Shown here piece by piece: positions 38,436 through 47,294 of a DNA stretch of 64,000 bases; within the stretch, counting starts at the first letter, position 1; each line of letters opens with the position of its first letter. This stretch comes from Dehalococcoidia bacterium (GTDB lineage Bacteria > Chloroflexota > Dehalococcoidia > Lucifugimonadales > UBA3495): the NCBI GenBank assembly GCA_965204865.1, contig OZ242027.1:935550-999549 (forward strand), given 5' to 3'. The notes beneath the pieces were generated by a model that saw only the letters and a program-made list of their open reading frames with translations, was not told the origin of the DNA and made no database searches. A program made the position numbers and the translations under genes.

Positions 38436-39347
38436 ATGCCCATAGTAGCGCATGACGACGCGCTGGAGCGGATAATCTCGACCTCTCAGCCTATCAATGA
38501 GCTGGCTGGCGGGTTCGGCGGTGAGCAGGGGCCGGCGGAGGGGCCGGTGTGGTGGCAGGAGGGGAACTACCTGCTGTTCAGCGACATCCACAACAACCGG
38601 CGGATGAAGTGGGCCGAGGGCGAGGGCGTGTCGGTGTTCAGCGAACCCACCAACCGCGCCAACGGCCTGACCCGCGACCCGCAGGGCCGCCTCATAGCCG
38701 CCGAGCATGATGGCCGCCGCGTCTCGCGCGTGGAGCCCGACGGCAGTATCACCGTCGTCGCCAACAGTTTCCAGGGGCGTCCGCTGAACCGGCCCAACGA
38801 CGTGGTGGCGAAGTCCGACGGCGCAATATACTTCACCGATCCCAACGCCGGTATGCCGGTGCAGACACAGTCCGACCTCAACTTCCCCGGCGTATACCGC
38901 GTATCGCCGGACTTGGGGACGATTACGCTGCTGGTGCGCGATTATATCGGCCCCAACGGGCTGGCGTTCAACCCGGACGAGAGCGTGCTGTACGTTATTG
39001 ACTCGCGGCGCGGTCACCTGCGGGCCTTTGATATGCAGCCCAACGGGACACTGGCGCTGGCTACCAGCCGCATATTCAGCCACAATCTGGGCGAGCGTCC
39101 CGGCATCCCCGATGGAATGAAGGTGGATGTCGAAGGCAACGTCTACGTGGGTGGCTCCGGCGGTATCTGGATAATCGACCCGTCGGGCAAGCACTTGGGC
39201 AGCATCGAAACGGGAGCGCCGCTGCACACCAACATGGCCTTCGGTGGCGGCGACTGGAAGACGCTGTACTTCACAAGCTGGGACAAGCTCTGGTCGGTGC
39301 GGGTCAACATTCCAGGCATCCCGGTGCCGACGCCCAAGCCCGCCTAA
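38436..39347 (+). CDS. SMP-30/gluconolactonase/LRE-family protein (lactonase-like)
   Basis: GPVWW...LLFSDI...NGL...RPNDVV...GAIYFTDP...PNGLAFNPDES.LYV.DS...PDGMKVD.EGNVYV is the classic six-blade lactonase pattern. ATG 38436 follows GGAGG. Confidence 0.85.
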   Translation: MPIVAHDDALERIISTSQPINELAGGFGGEQGPAEGPVWWQEGNYLLFSDIHNNRRMKWAEGEGVSVFSEPTNRANGLTRDPQGRLIAAEHDGRRVSRVEPDGSITVVANSFQGRPLNRPNDVVAKSDGAIYFTDPNAGMPVQTQSDLNFPGVYRVSPDLGTITLLVRDYIGPNGLAFNPDESVLYVIDSRRGHLRAFDMQPNGTLALATSRIFSHNLGERPGIPDGMKVDVEGNVYVGGSGGIWIIDPSGKHLGSIETGAPLHTNMAFGGGDWKTLYFTSWDKLWSVRVNIPGIPVPTPKPA

Positions 39348-39394
39348 TCCCATACGTAAATGACTGGTTTCCTCTTGCGTAAGAGAGCAATTAG

Positions 39395-39430
39395 TTCCCT
39401 CCCCCTTGAGGGGGAGGGTTAGGGTGGGGG
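39395..39430 (-). repeat. REP-A copy 8
   Basis: TTCCCTCCCCCTTGAGGGGGAGGGTTAGGGTGGGGG, intercistronic. Confidence 0.8.
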
Positions 39431-39492
39431 TGAAATCTTAAACTGCGAAACCCATAGCAGGAAACACAACCAGACAAACGGGAGGAAACCCA

Positions 39493-40575
39493 ATGGAATT
39501 TGGACTGTTTATGATGCCGCTGCATCCCCCGCGCCGGTCGCCGTCGGACTCGTATGACCGCGACGTTGAGCTGATTGTCCAGGCCGACAAGCTGGGAGTG
39601 CGGGAGGCATGGGTCGGTGAGCACATCACCGAGACTTGGGAGAACGCTCCGGTGCCGGAGCTGATTATCGCGCAGGCGCTGGCCCTTACGGAGAACATCA
39701 TTCTGGCGACGGGCGTCACGATGCTGCCCCTGCACCATCCGGTGGACACCGCCCACCGGATAGCGATGCTGGATCACATGGCGCGAGGGCGGTTCTACTG
39801 GGGCATCGGGCTGCGGTCGCTGCCCACGGACCTGCAACTGTACGGCGTGGAATACGACAGCATGGACGACGTGCGCGAGCGTGGGCGGGAGGCGTTGGAG
39901 GTGGTCCTGGGCCTGTGGGAGAACGCCGATAGCGGCAAGTTCGGATACGAAGGCAAGCACTACCAGGTCCACGCGCCGGAGGAGATGGCCGAGCTGGGGC
40001 GCCGCCTCTACTTCAAGCCCTACCAGCAGCCGCACCCGCCCATCGGCGTGGCGGCATCGTCTCCCAACACGGAGACCATTCGCATGGCCGGGGAGCGCGG
40101 CTGGATTCCCATGACCAACCTGCCCAACCGCTTCATCCCCGACCTGTGGCATACCTGCGAGCAGGGCGCCCTGAGCGCAGGCCGCGTCGCGGACCGGAGC
40201 GAGCTGAGGCTGGGACGGGACATTTATGTGGGCGCGACGCCACAGGAAGCTCGCGAGGAGGCCCGCATCGTCCTCGGCAGGCCCTTCGAGGAACACCAGT
40301 GGAAGAACCGCCAGGCCGGCGGCATCCTCGGTCACCTCAAGAACGACCCGGGCATGGCCGACGAAGATGTCACGGTTGATTACATGATGGAGAACATCTG
40401 GATAGTCGGTGATCCGTCGGAAGTGGTGGAGAAAATCGAACAGACCTACGAGGAGACCGGCGGATTCGGAACCCTGCTGGGCATCACCATGGATCCTGAC
40501 GACCATACGCTGGTGCAACGCTCGCAGCAGCTCCTGATGGAGCAGGTGGCGCCCAAGGTGTCCCATCTCAACTAG
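39493..40575 (+). CDS. LLM-class flavin-dependent oxidoreductase
   Basis: MEFGLFMMPLHPP...ADKLGVREAWVGEHIT. 360 aa. Confidence 0.85.
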   Translation: MEFGLFMMPLHPPRRSPSDSYDRDVELIVQADKLGVREAWVGEHITETWENAPVPELIIAQALALTENIILATGVTMLPLHHPVDTAHRIAMLDHMARGRFYWGIGLRSLPTDLQLYGVEYDSMDDVRERGREALEVVLGLWENADSGKFGYEGKHYQVHAPEEMAELGRRLYFKPYQQPHPPIGVAASSPNTETIRMAGERGWIPMTNLPNRFIPDLWHTCEQGALSAGRVADRSELRLGRDIYVGATPQEAREEARIVLGRPFEEHQWKNRQAGGILGHLKNDPGMADEDVTVDYMMENIWIVGDPSEVVEKIEQTYEETGGFGTLLGITMDPDDHTLVQRSQQLLMEQVAPKVSHLN

Positions 40576-40586
40576 CCGCTCCATAA

Positions 40587-40614
40587 TCCCCTCTCCCTTG
40601 AGGGAGAGGGTGAG
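40587..40614 (-). repeat. REP-A copy 9 (truncated, hairpin only)
   Basis: TCCCCTCTCCCTTGAGGGAGAGGGTGAG. Confidence 0.65.
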
Positions 40615-40684
40615 ATTCTCGCTCAGACGAAACTGTCCTTACTCCAACCATATCCCTGTCTGAGAGGGGGAAGAGGAAATTGAA

Positions 40685-41482
40685 ATGACGACCCTGAACG
40701 AAAGGTTCCAGAAAGGGCTGGAAATCAGGTCGAAATTTGTGGGCGGCGGGCCTATCGGGAGCGGCTCGGTGCCTGCGTCCCAAGAGGTGGCCCCCGACCT
40801 GCACCGCATCGCCGGGGAAGCTCTGTTCGGGACCATCTGGCAGCGGTCTGGCCTGCCCATCCATCGGCGGGAGATGATTACTCTCTCGGCCCTCACCGTG
40901 CTGCAACGAGAGAACCAGTTGACCCGGCACGTTAGCAACGCGCTGAACCTGGGTTTGACGCCGCAACAGGTCATTGAGGTGATGATTCACGCATCCTGGT
41001 ATGGCGGCGTTCCCACAGCTTTCAATGCCATGGGCGTGGCCAAAGACGTGTTCGACGGATTGGGCATCAACTTCGAGCCGCAACTCGTCTTCGACCCGTC
41101 GGAAACGCCGGACGACCTGTACCAGCGTGGGGCCGCCCGGCGTGAGGAGCTGATGGGACCGCCCGCTGAGGGCCGCCCCGGCCCGGTGACGCAGGCGGAG
41201 CGCGACTTCAACCGCCTCAGCACCGAATACTACTGGGGTTCGGTCTGGAACCGCCCTGGGTTGGAGCTGGCCGACCGCTCCATCTGCACCCTGGCCTGCC
41301 TGACCGTGCTGGGCCGCGAGGGGCCGCTGCGCAGCCATATCAACGGCGCCCTTCACATCGGACTGACGCCGGAGGAAATCGTGGAGGTGTTCATACACGC
41401 CTGCTTCTACGGCGGCATCCCCTTCACCCGAGCCGCCATTGACGCGGCCAACGAGATATTCCGCGCAAGAGGGCTGGGCTGA
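40685..41482 (+). CDS. Carboxymuconolactone decarboxylase (CMD)-family protein, two tandem CMD halves
   Basis: Two internally similar halves: ...REMITLSALTVLQRENQLTRHVSNALNLGLTPQQVIEVMIHASWYGGVP and ...DRSICTLACLTVLGREGPLRSHINGALHIGLTPEEIVEVFIHACFYGGIP. Confidence 0.8.
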   Translation: MTTLNERFQKGLEIRSKFVGGGPIGSGSVPASQEVAPDLHRIAGEALFGTIWQRSGLPIHRREMITLSALTVLQRENQLTRHVSNALNLGLTPQQVIEVMIHASWYGGVPTAFNAMGVAKDVFDGLGINFEPQLVFDPSETPDDLYQRGAARREELMGPPAEGRPGPVTQAERDFNRLSTEYYWGSVWNRPGLELADRSICTLACLTVLGREGPLRSHINGALHIGLTPEEIVEVFIHACFYGGIPFTRAAIDAANEIFRARGLG

Positions 41483-41543
41483 TTGCCGGGATTTTTCCAG
41501 CGCATAAAGTGGGGGCGGGCCTGAAACCTGCCCCTGCTGGATT

Positions 41544-42656
41544 ATGGGAATGACCTTCCAAAGCACATCGGAAATCATCGCCTCGTCGCCGGAGCTTGAA
41601 GACTTCCGGTTTGACTGGTCGGCGCTGCCCGCGATTACCGAAGGGCTGGCCGGAACCGGAGGACGAATCTTCGCCTGTCTCGACGACTTTGTAGTATCCG
41701 AAGTGCCGCGCGATATGCCCAGCGGCGAGGGCGAATACGCCTACGCTTACGTCGAAAAACGCGGCCTGAACACCCACGACCTGGTGGCTGCGCTGCGTGA
41801 GCGAGGCATTCCGTACAACGACGTCGGCGTAGCGGGACTCAAGGACAGGAAGGCCGTGACCCGGCAGTGGCTCAGCGTTCCCGTCCGCTACTCACTGCAC
41901 TTGGAGGCGCTGGATGAGCTGGACGGCGTGCGGGTGCTGGAAACGTCGCGCCACGGCAGCCGGCTGCGGCGGGGCAATCTGCGCGGCAACCGATTCGAGG
42001 CGCGAGTGCGCGACCCTGAACCTGGCTGGCAAGACCTCGCGCAGACCATCGTCGAGCAGTTGGCGAGTGCCGGGTTGCCCAACTATTTCGGCCCACAGCG
42101 GTTCGGGCGCTACAACAGCAACGCCATTGACGCCATGCGAATGCTGCGGGGCGAGAGGGTTCCGGGAGGGAGACGGTTGAACGAACTCTTCATATCCGCC
42201 CTTCAAGCCCACCTGTTCAACTGGAACCTCAAGGGGCGTATCGAGGCGAGGGTGTATGACCGGGTTCTGACAGGAGACCGGGCGCGGCGGCACGACACCG
42301 GTGGGATGTTCCTGGTAGGCGACGGCGCGTTGGAGTCGGAGCGGGCGCGGCGGCTGGAGATTAGCGCCGTGCTCCCGCTGTATGGCCGCAAGGTTTCCGG
42401 GGCGCTGGAAGCTGCGGCCAAGCACGAGGATGCAGTTTTGAGCCGCTTCGGGCTGCGGCGCAGCGACTTTCGCCCACATACCCGCGGGGCGTGGCGCATC
42501 AGCCGCGTCCTCCCGGAAGACATCGGGCTCCACGCCTGCTCGGACGGCTACGTGGCGGAGTTCACCCTGCTCAGCGGGGCCTACGCCACTACCTTGCTGC
42601 GGGAACTTACGAAATCCGTGCCAACCACTGATATTGCATCTGTCGAATACTTGTGA
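41544..42656 (+). CDS. truD: tRNA pseudouridine(13) synthase TruD
   Basis: Colinear by eye with E. coli TruD as I remember it. DFVVSEVP..GEGEY.., catalytic-Asp motif GLKDRKAVTRQW, LRRGNLRGNRF, PNYFGPQRFG, and C-terminal SGAYATTLLREL. Confidence 0.85.
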   Translation: MGMTFQSTSEIIASSPELEDFRFDWSALPAITEGLAGTGGRIFACLDDFVVSEVPRDMPSGEGEYAYAYVEKRGLNTHDLVAALRERGIPYNDVGVAGLKDRKAVTRQWLSVPVRYSLHLEALDELDGVRVLETSRHGSRLRRGNLRGNRFEARVRDPEPGWQDLAQTIVEQLASAGLPNYFGPQRFGRYNSNAIDAMRMLRGERVPGGRRLNELFISALQAHLFNWNLKGRIEARVYDRVLTGDRARRHDTGGMFLVGDGALESERARRLEISAVLPLYGRKVSGALEAAAKHEDAVLSRFGLRRSDFRPHTRGAWRISRVLPEDIGLHACSDGYVAEFTLLSGAYATTLLRELTKSVPTTDIASVEYL

Positions 42657-42780
42657 GGGGACATTCGCCATCGCCGGTTTTTGTTGACACCGCATAGGGG
42701 GTAATCTATTCTAAGTCATTCTGCGAAGGGAGCGACGGCCTGCGCGGCCAAGCGCGTCAGGCAACCTCCCAGTGGATGAT

Positions 42781-43707
42781 ATGCAACGTTTCATCATCGT
42801 CCGTTGTTTTTACGCCATCTTAGTGCTGTTCGCGGTATCCATCATCGTCTTTGTGCTGGCGCGGGCTTCCGGCAATCCAATAGACACGATGCTTCCCCTG
42901 GACGCTACGCCGGAGCAGCAGGAGACGTTCAAGGAACTGTGGGGGCTGAACAAGTCCTACCCCGAACAGTATTTCGACTTCCTCGCCAACGCATTCCAGG
43001 GTGACTTTGGCGATTCGGTCAAGTGGGCGGACCGTACGGCCATGGGGCTGGTTATCGAGCGTTTCCCGCTCACTCTGAAGCTGGGCGCGGTGGCTATCGG
43101 CATCAGTATGCTTATCGCGGTACCCATCGGGGTGCTGTCGGCGGTCAAGAAAGACACCCCCTTTGACCTGGGCGGCAAGGTCTTCGCCCTCTTGGGGCAG
43201 GCGACGCCGCCCTTCTGGCTCGGCATCATGCTCATCTGGCTGTTTGCGGTGGAGGTTGACTGGTTCCCCACGGGCGGGGATGAAGGCATTGTCTGGATTA
43301 TCCTGCCGGCCATCACCCTGGGCTGGTTCCAGGTAGCGGCCCTGATGCGGCTGGTACGCTCCGCCATGCTGGAGGTGCTGGAAACCGAGTACGTGACCCT
43401 GGCCCGCGTCAAGGGTATCCAGGAATGGAAGGTTATCTGGAAACACTGCCTTAGAAACGCTTCCATACCGCCACTGACGCTGTTCGGCATCCTGGCCGCT
43501 CAGGTGATGACTGGCGCCATCGTGACCGAGACGGTGTTCAGCCTGCCAGGCACCGGGAACCTGGCGATTGAGGCCATTCGGGGCCGGGACTACCCGGTAA
43601 TCCAGGCTGTGGTGGTCCTTTTCGCAGTCATCTACATCGCAATGAACCTGGTCGTGGACATCCTGTACGCATATATTGACCCCCGCATCCGTTACGACCG
43701 GGCGTAG
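42781..43707 (+). CDS. ABC transporter permease (DppB/OppB-like)
   Basis: MQRFIIVR start and DILYAYIDPRIRYD end. Multi-TM. Confidence 0.9.
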   Translation: MQRFIIVRCFYAILVLFAVSIIVFVLARASGNPIDTMLPLDATPEQQETFKELWGLNKSYPEQYFDFLANAFQGDFGDSVKWADRTAMGLVIERFPLTLKLGAVAIGISMLIAVPIGVLSAVKKDTPFDLGGKVFALLGQATPPFWLGIMLIWLFAVEVDWFPTGGDEGIVWIILPAITLGWFQVAALMRLVRSAMLEVLETEYVTLARVKGIQEWKVIWKHCLRNASIPPLTLFGILAAQVMTGAIVTETVFSLPGTGNLAIEAIRGRDYPVIQAVVVLFAVIYIAMNLVVDILYAYIDPRIRYDRA

Positions 43708-43784
43708 TCCTTAATGCCAGTCTGCCAGACGTAGCTGGGACGCCACTCGGTGCAGTTACAGACTCCATGATTGAGTGACAATGT

Positions 43785-44693
43785 ATGGAAGTATCACTGC
43801 CAACTCCGGCACAAGCTGAGCCGCAATCCGGCAAAGCCACGCGCTTTATCAGGGAAGTGCGCCGCTACCCGCTGATTCCGATTTTGATTTTGATTGTCAT
43901 TCTGATAATCCCGGCCATTTTCGCGCCGTGGATCGCTCCCTATCACCCCATTGATGACGGGTCGCTGCCCAACCGCCTCAAGCCGCCGGTATGGGCCGAG
44001 GGAGGCACTTGGGATCACGTACTGGGGACCGACAAACAGGGCCGGGACATACTGAGCCGCATCATTCACGGGGCGAAATACGTGCTGTTGGTCTCCCTCA
44101 GCGTCATCTTTGTCAGTGGCATTATTGGCGTGTCGCTGGGGTTGATGGCCGGGTACTTCGGGGGCTGGATTGACAACCTGATAATGCGGGGGGTGGACGT
44201 CTTCCTCGCAATACCCGCAATACTGCTGGCCCTCGCGCTGGTGACATCGCGGGGGCCCAGCTTCGGTGTGGTGATTTTCGTCATCTGCTTCATACTGTGG
44301 TCTCGCTATGCCCGCCAGGTTCGTGGCGAAGTGCTGACCATCAAGAACCAGGACTTCGTGGCGCGGGCCCGCGTGATTGGCGCATCCCATTTCCGCGTCA
44401 TCTTGCGGCATATCCTGCCCAACGTGTTCAACACCATCATTGTGCTGGCGACGCTGCAAGTCGGGTTCGTGATTCTGCTGGAGGCCATCCTGAGTTTCCT
44501 GGGGGCTGGTATTCCACGCCCGACCCCGGCATGGGGATTGCTGGTCTCCGAGGGGCGGGAACTGGTGATTTCCGGCAAGGGCTGGCAGCTCTCCCTGTTC
44601 CCCGGTATCGCTATCGTTTTGGTGGTGCTGTCCTTCAACCTGCTGGGCGACTGGCTCCGCGACCGCTTGGACCCGAAACAGAGGAACGTATGA
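43785..44693 (+). CDS. ABC transporter permease (DppC/OppC-like)
   Basis: IAPYHP...[43 protein letters not shown]. Confidence 0.9.
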   Translation: MEVSLPTPAQAEPQSGKATRFIREVRRYPLIPILILIVILIIPAIFAPWIAPYHPIDDGSLPNRLKPPVWAEGGTWDHVLGTDKQGRDILSRIIHGAKYVLLVSLSVIFVSGIIGVSLGLMAGYFGGWIDNLIMRGVDVFLAIPAILLALALVTSRGPSFGVVIFVICFILWSRYARQVRGEVLTIKNQDFVARARVIGASHFRVILRHILPNVFNTIIVLATLQVGFVILLEAILSFLGAGIPRPTPAWGLLVSEGRELVISGKGWQLSLFPGIAIVLVVLSFNLLGDWLRDRLDPKQRNV

Positions 44694-45736
44694 CGACCAG
44701 GATTCTTCGACAAGCTCAGAATGACAACGAGAACGCCCGTCCGGTCAGAAAGGAACCAGGGGAGATAATCCTGCAAGTCCGGGATCTCCGCACCTGGTTC
44801 TACACCCGCGCCGGCATCGTCAAGGCAGTTGACGGGATAGACTTCGAGCTGCGTCAGGGCGAGACCCTGGGCATAGTCGGCGAGTCCGGCTGCGGCAAGA
44901 GCATGACCGCTCGCTCGTTGCTGCGGCTGGTGCCGAAGCCCGCCGGGCGCATTGTTAGCGGCCAGATACTGCTGGAAGGCGAGGACCTGGTCCAGAAGAG
45001 CGAAGAGGAAATGCGCCAGGTTCGCGGGAAGCGCATTTCCATGATTCTGCAAGACCCGCAGACCTCCCTGAACCCGCTGTACACCATCGGCAACCAGTTG
45101 CGGGAAGCCTTGGGCCAGGCCCACAGGGAAAACAGCAGGAACATGGTGCGGCGGGCCATAGACGCTCTGCGCAGCGTCAACGTGGCCGCGCCGGAGCGCC
45201 GCCTGCACGACTACCCTCACCAGATGAGCGGCGGTATGAAGCAGCGGGTGGTGGGGGCCATCTCTATATCCTGCGAGCCATCGGTTATCATCGCGGATGA
45301 GCCTACCACGGCGTTGGACGTCACCATTCAGCTTCAATACCTGCGTCTGCTCAAGGAAATCCAGGAAGAAACCGGCCTGGCGATTATCTTCATCACCCAC
45401 GACTTTGGCGTGGTGGCCCGGATGTGCGACCGGGTGGCAGTGATGTACGCCGGACGCATCGTGGAACAGGGGCCGGTGCGGGACATATTCAACAATCCGT
45501 CCCACCCCTATACCGAGGCGTTGATAGCGTCGGTTCCCAAGCTGGAGGAGAGGGTGGAGTGGCTGTATTCCATCGAAGGCCAGCCGCCCCTGCTGCGCGA
45601 CCTGCCGCCCGGATGCCGGTTCGCGCCGCGCTGCCCCGAGGCCCGGGAGCAGTGCCTGGCCGAGTACCCGACGTCGTACCAGGTCGGCGCCGGACACACC
45701 GCCGATTGCTGGAGGTTGGATACCTCATGGCAGTAG
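44690..45736 (+). CDS. ABC transporter ATP-binding protein (DppD/OppD-like)
   Basis: ATG 44690 overlaps the upstream TGA (ATGA). [27 protein letters not shown]. The N-terminal tail carries REP-B ([12 protein letters not shown]). Confidence 0.9.
   Translation: MTTRILRQAQNDNENARPVRKEPGEIILQVRDLRTWFYTRAGIVKAVDGIDFELRQGETLGIVGESGCGKSMTARSLLRLVPKPAGRIVSGQILLEGEDLVQKSEEEMRQVRGKRISMILQDPQTSLNPLYTIGNQLREALGQAHRENSRNMVRRAIDALRSVNVAAPERRLHDYPHQMSGGMKQRVVGAISISCEPSVIIADEPTTALDVTIQLQYLRLLKEIQEETGLAIIFITHDFGVVARMCDRVAVMYAGRIVEQGPVRDIFNNPSHPYTEALIASVPKLEERVEWLYSIEGQPPLLRDLPPGCRFAPRCPEAREQCLAEYPTSYQVGAGHTADCWRLDTSWQ
44701..44725 (-). repeat. REP-B copy 5, inside the ABC ATPase CDS (N-terminal tail)
   Basis: GATTCTTCGACAAGCTCAGAATGAC, read as ILRQAQND. 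Confidence 0.85.
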
Positions 45737-46746
45737 CTAACCAGGACGCAGAGATTCTCCGATCGGCTCAGAATGACGGCGAGCCGCTAATCAGGGTCGA
45801 GAACCTGCAAAAGCACTTCCCGGTTACCCAGGGTCTCATACTGATGAAGACCATCGGCCACGTTCAGGCGGTTGATGGCATCAGTTTCACCATTGATGAA
45901 GGCAAGACCTTGGGGCTGGTTGGGGAGTCGGGCTGCGGCAAGACGACGACCAGCAAGCTGCTGCTTCGCATAGAACGGCCCACCGGCGGGCAGATTAAGC
46001 TCTATGGCGAGGACATTCAGGACTTCCGGGGCGAAAAACTGAAGGAGTACCGCACCACTGTCGGAGCGGTTTTCCAGGACCCCTGGTCGTCTCTCAGTCC
46101 CAGGATGCGGGTGCGCGACATTGTGGCCGAATCGCTGGTCGTGAACCGGGGCGAGATGTCCCGGGAAGAGATGGACGACCGGGTTGCCGAGGTGTTGGAA
46201 CAGGTGGGGCTGCACAAGGAGCAGGCGCACCAGTACCCCCACGAGTTCAGCGGCGGCCAGCGCCAGCGCATCGCCGTCGCCAGCGCGCTGGTGTCTCACC
46301 CCAAACTGATTGTCTTGGATGAGCCGGTATCGGCGCTGGACGTTTCCATTCGCGCCCAGGTGATGAACCTGCTGAAGGTGTTGCAGAACGAATTCAATGT
46401 TGCCTTCCTGCTCATCGCCCACAACCTGGCTACAGTGCGCTACATGGCCCAAGACACCGCCGTGATGTACCTGGGACAGATTGTGGAGTACGGGGACACC
46501 GAGGAAATCTATCAGAACCCGCTGCATCCCTACACCCGGGCGTTGTTCTCAGCAGCTTTGCCCTCTCATCCCGACCTGATACGCGAGGACATCGTGCTGA
46601 CCGGCGAGGTGCCTTCGCCCATCAACCCGCCCAGCGGCTGCCGGTTCCACCCCCGCTGCCCCTTTGCCATGGACCGCTGCTCGGTGGAAGTGCCGGAATA
46701 CAAGGAAGTAGCGCCGGGCCACATGACGAGCTGTCACCTGTATTAG
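45727..46746 (+). CDS. ABC transporter ATP-binding protein (DppF/OppF-like)
   Basis: ATG 45727 overlaps the upstream gene end by 10 nt. [29 protein letters not shown]. The N-terminal tail carries a REP-B variant ([12 protein letters not shown]). Confidence 0.9.
   Translation: MAVANQDAEILRSAQNDGEPLIRVENLQKHFPVTQGLILMKTIGHVQAVDGISFTIDEGKTLGLVGESGCGKTTTSKLLLRIERPTGGQIKLYGEDIQDFRGEKLKEYRTTVGAVFQDPWSSLSPRMRVRDIVAESLVVNRGEMSREEMDDRVAEVLEQVGLHKEQAHQYPHEFSGGQRQRIAVASALVSHPKLIVLDEPVSALDVSIRAQVMNLLKVLQNEFNVAFLLIAHNLATVRYMAQDTAVMYLGQIVEYGDTEEIYQNPLHPYTRALFSAALPSHPDLIREDIVLTGEVPSPINPPSGCRFHPRCPFAMDRCSVEVPEYKEVAPGHMTSCHLY
45753..45777 (-). repeat. REP-B copy 6 (variant), inside the ABC ATPase CDS (N-terminal tail)
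   Basis: GATTCTCCGATCGGCTCAGAATGAC, read as ILRSAQND. Confidence 0.7.
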
Positions 46747-46780
46747 ACGCATAGATGGGGATTGGGTTATCAAGCCAAGT

Positions 46781-46813
46781 AAGAATCGGGAGGTTTCAAA
46801 CCTCCCGATTCTT
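46781..46813 (+). terminator. Terminator of the permease-ATPase operon 42781..46746
   Basis: Perfect 13-bp stem AAGAATCGGGAGG-TTTCAAA-CCTCCCGATTCTT. Confidence 0.6.
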
Positions 46814-47065
46814 ATCTTGATTCCTATCTTGCTCGGACGGTGGCGGCTCGTCAAACGGCAGATTATTGGCTTCAGCCTCAGTGCGCCGCCTCAGCCATGC
46901 TTCCCATCTGGCGCGTTCTTCAGCCCGTCCCTCAGCCTTTCCTTCATTCTTCAATTTCTTGACTGCTGCCGGAATCAGTAGCACGATGCGCCCCCCGACT
47001 TCAATGATGATGGCGAATGCTGAGGCTGACCCTGCTGCTACGCCGTATATGGTCGCCAATTGCAA
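46796..47065 (-). CDS. Hypothetical small protein (one predicted TM helix plus charged tail)
   Basis: 89-aa ORF in a low-GC patch. Hydrophobic N-terminus and Lys/Glu/Arg-rich C-terminus. Its 3' end overlaps the terminator hairpin at 46781..46813, so coding status is doubtful. Confidence 0.3.
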   Translation of the reverse strand: MQLATIYGVAAGSASAFAIIIEVGGRIVLLIPAAVKKLKNEGKAEGRAEERARWEAWLRRRTEAEANNLPFDEPPPSEQDRNQDKNREV

Positions 47066-47232
47066 GAGAGGATTGTCTTGGTGTAGCAGATCATCCCATT
47101 GAAGCTAAAGCCTAATGGCAACGGCTACGAGGCAACCAATGAAGTAGATGACCCAATATAAGTCCAAAAACCGTTGCATCTGTCATTATGCTAGGCCGGT
47201 ATTCTGCCTCTGTCAATCAGTCTCTATCAGTG

Positions 47233-47265
47233 AAAGGGGCGCCCCGATGGCCGGGGCACCCCTTT
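47233..47265. terminator. Hairpin terminator downstream of SBP gene 47295..49250
   Basis: AAAGGGGCGCCCCG-ATGGC-CGGGGCACCCCTTT (one mismatch). T-rich on both sides. Confidence 0.5.
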
Positions 47266-47294
47266 CTGTTTGCTGACGATGGCGCTGAGTGGCG

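Noticed and set aside
41544-42656. truD as part of a novel system with the adjacent CMD, LLM and lactonase genes.
   Set aside because: TruD is a housekeeping tRNA-modification enzyme. Its position at the end of a plus-strand run looks like ordinary gene packing, with no specific functional link evident.
47100-47175. Very short minus-strand ORF (about 24 codons, MTDATVFGLILGHLLHWLPRSRCH) in the low-GC islet.
   Set aside because: It is too short, has no RBS that I could see, and cannot be supported from sequence alone.
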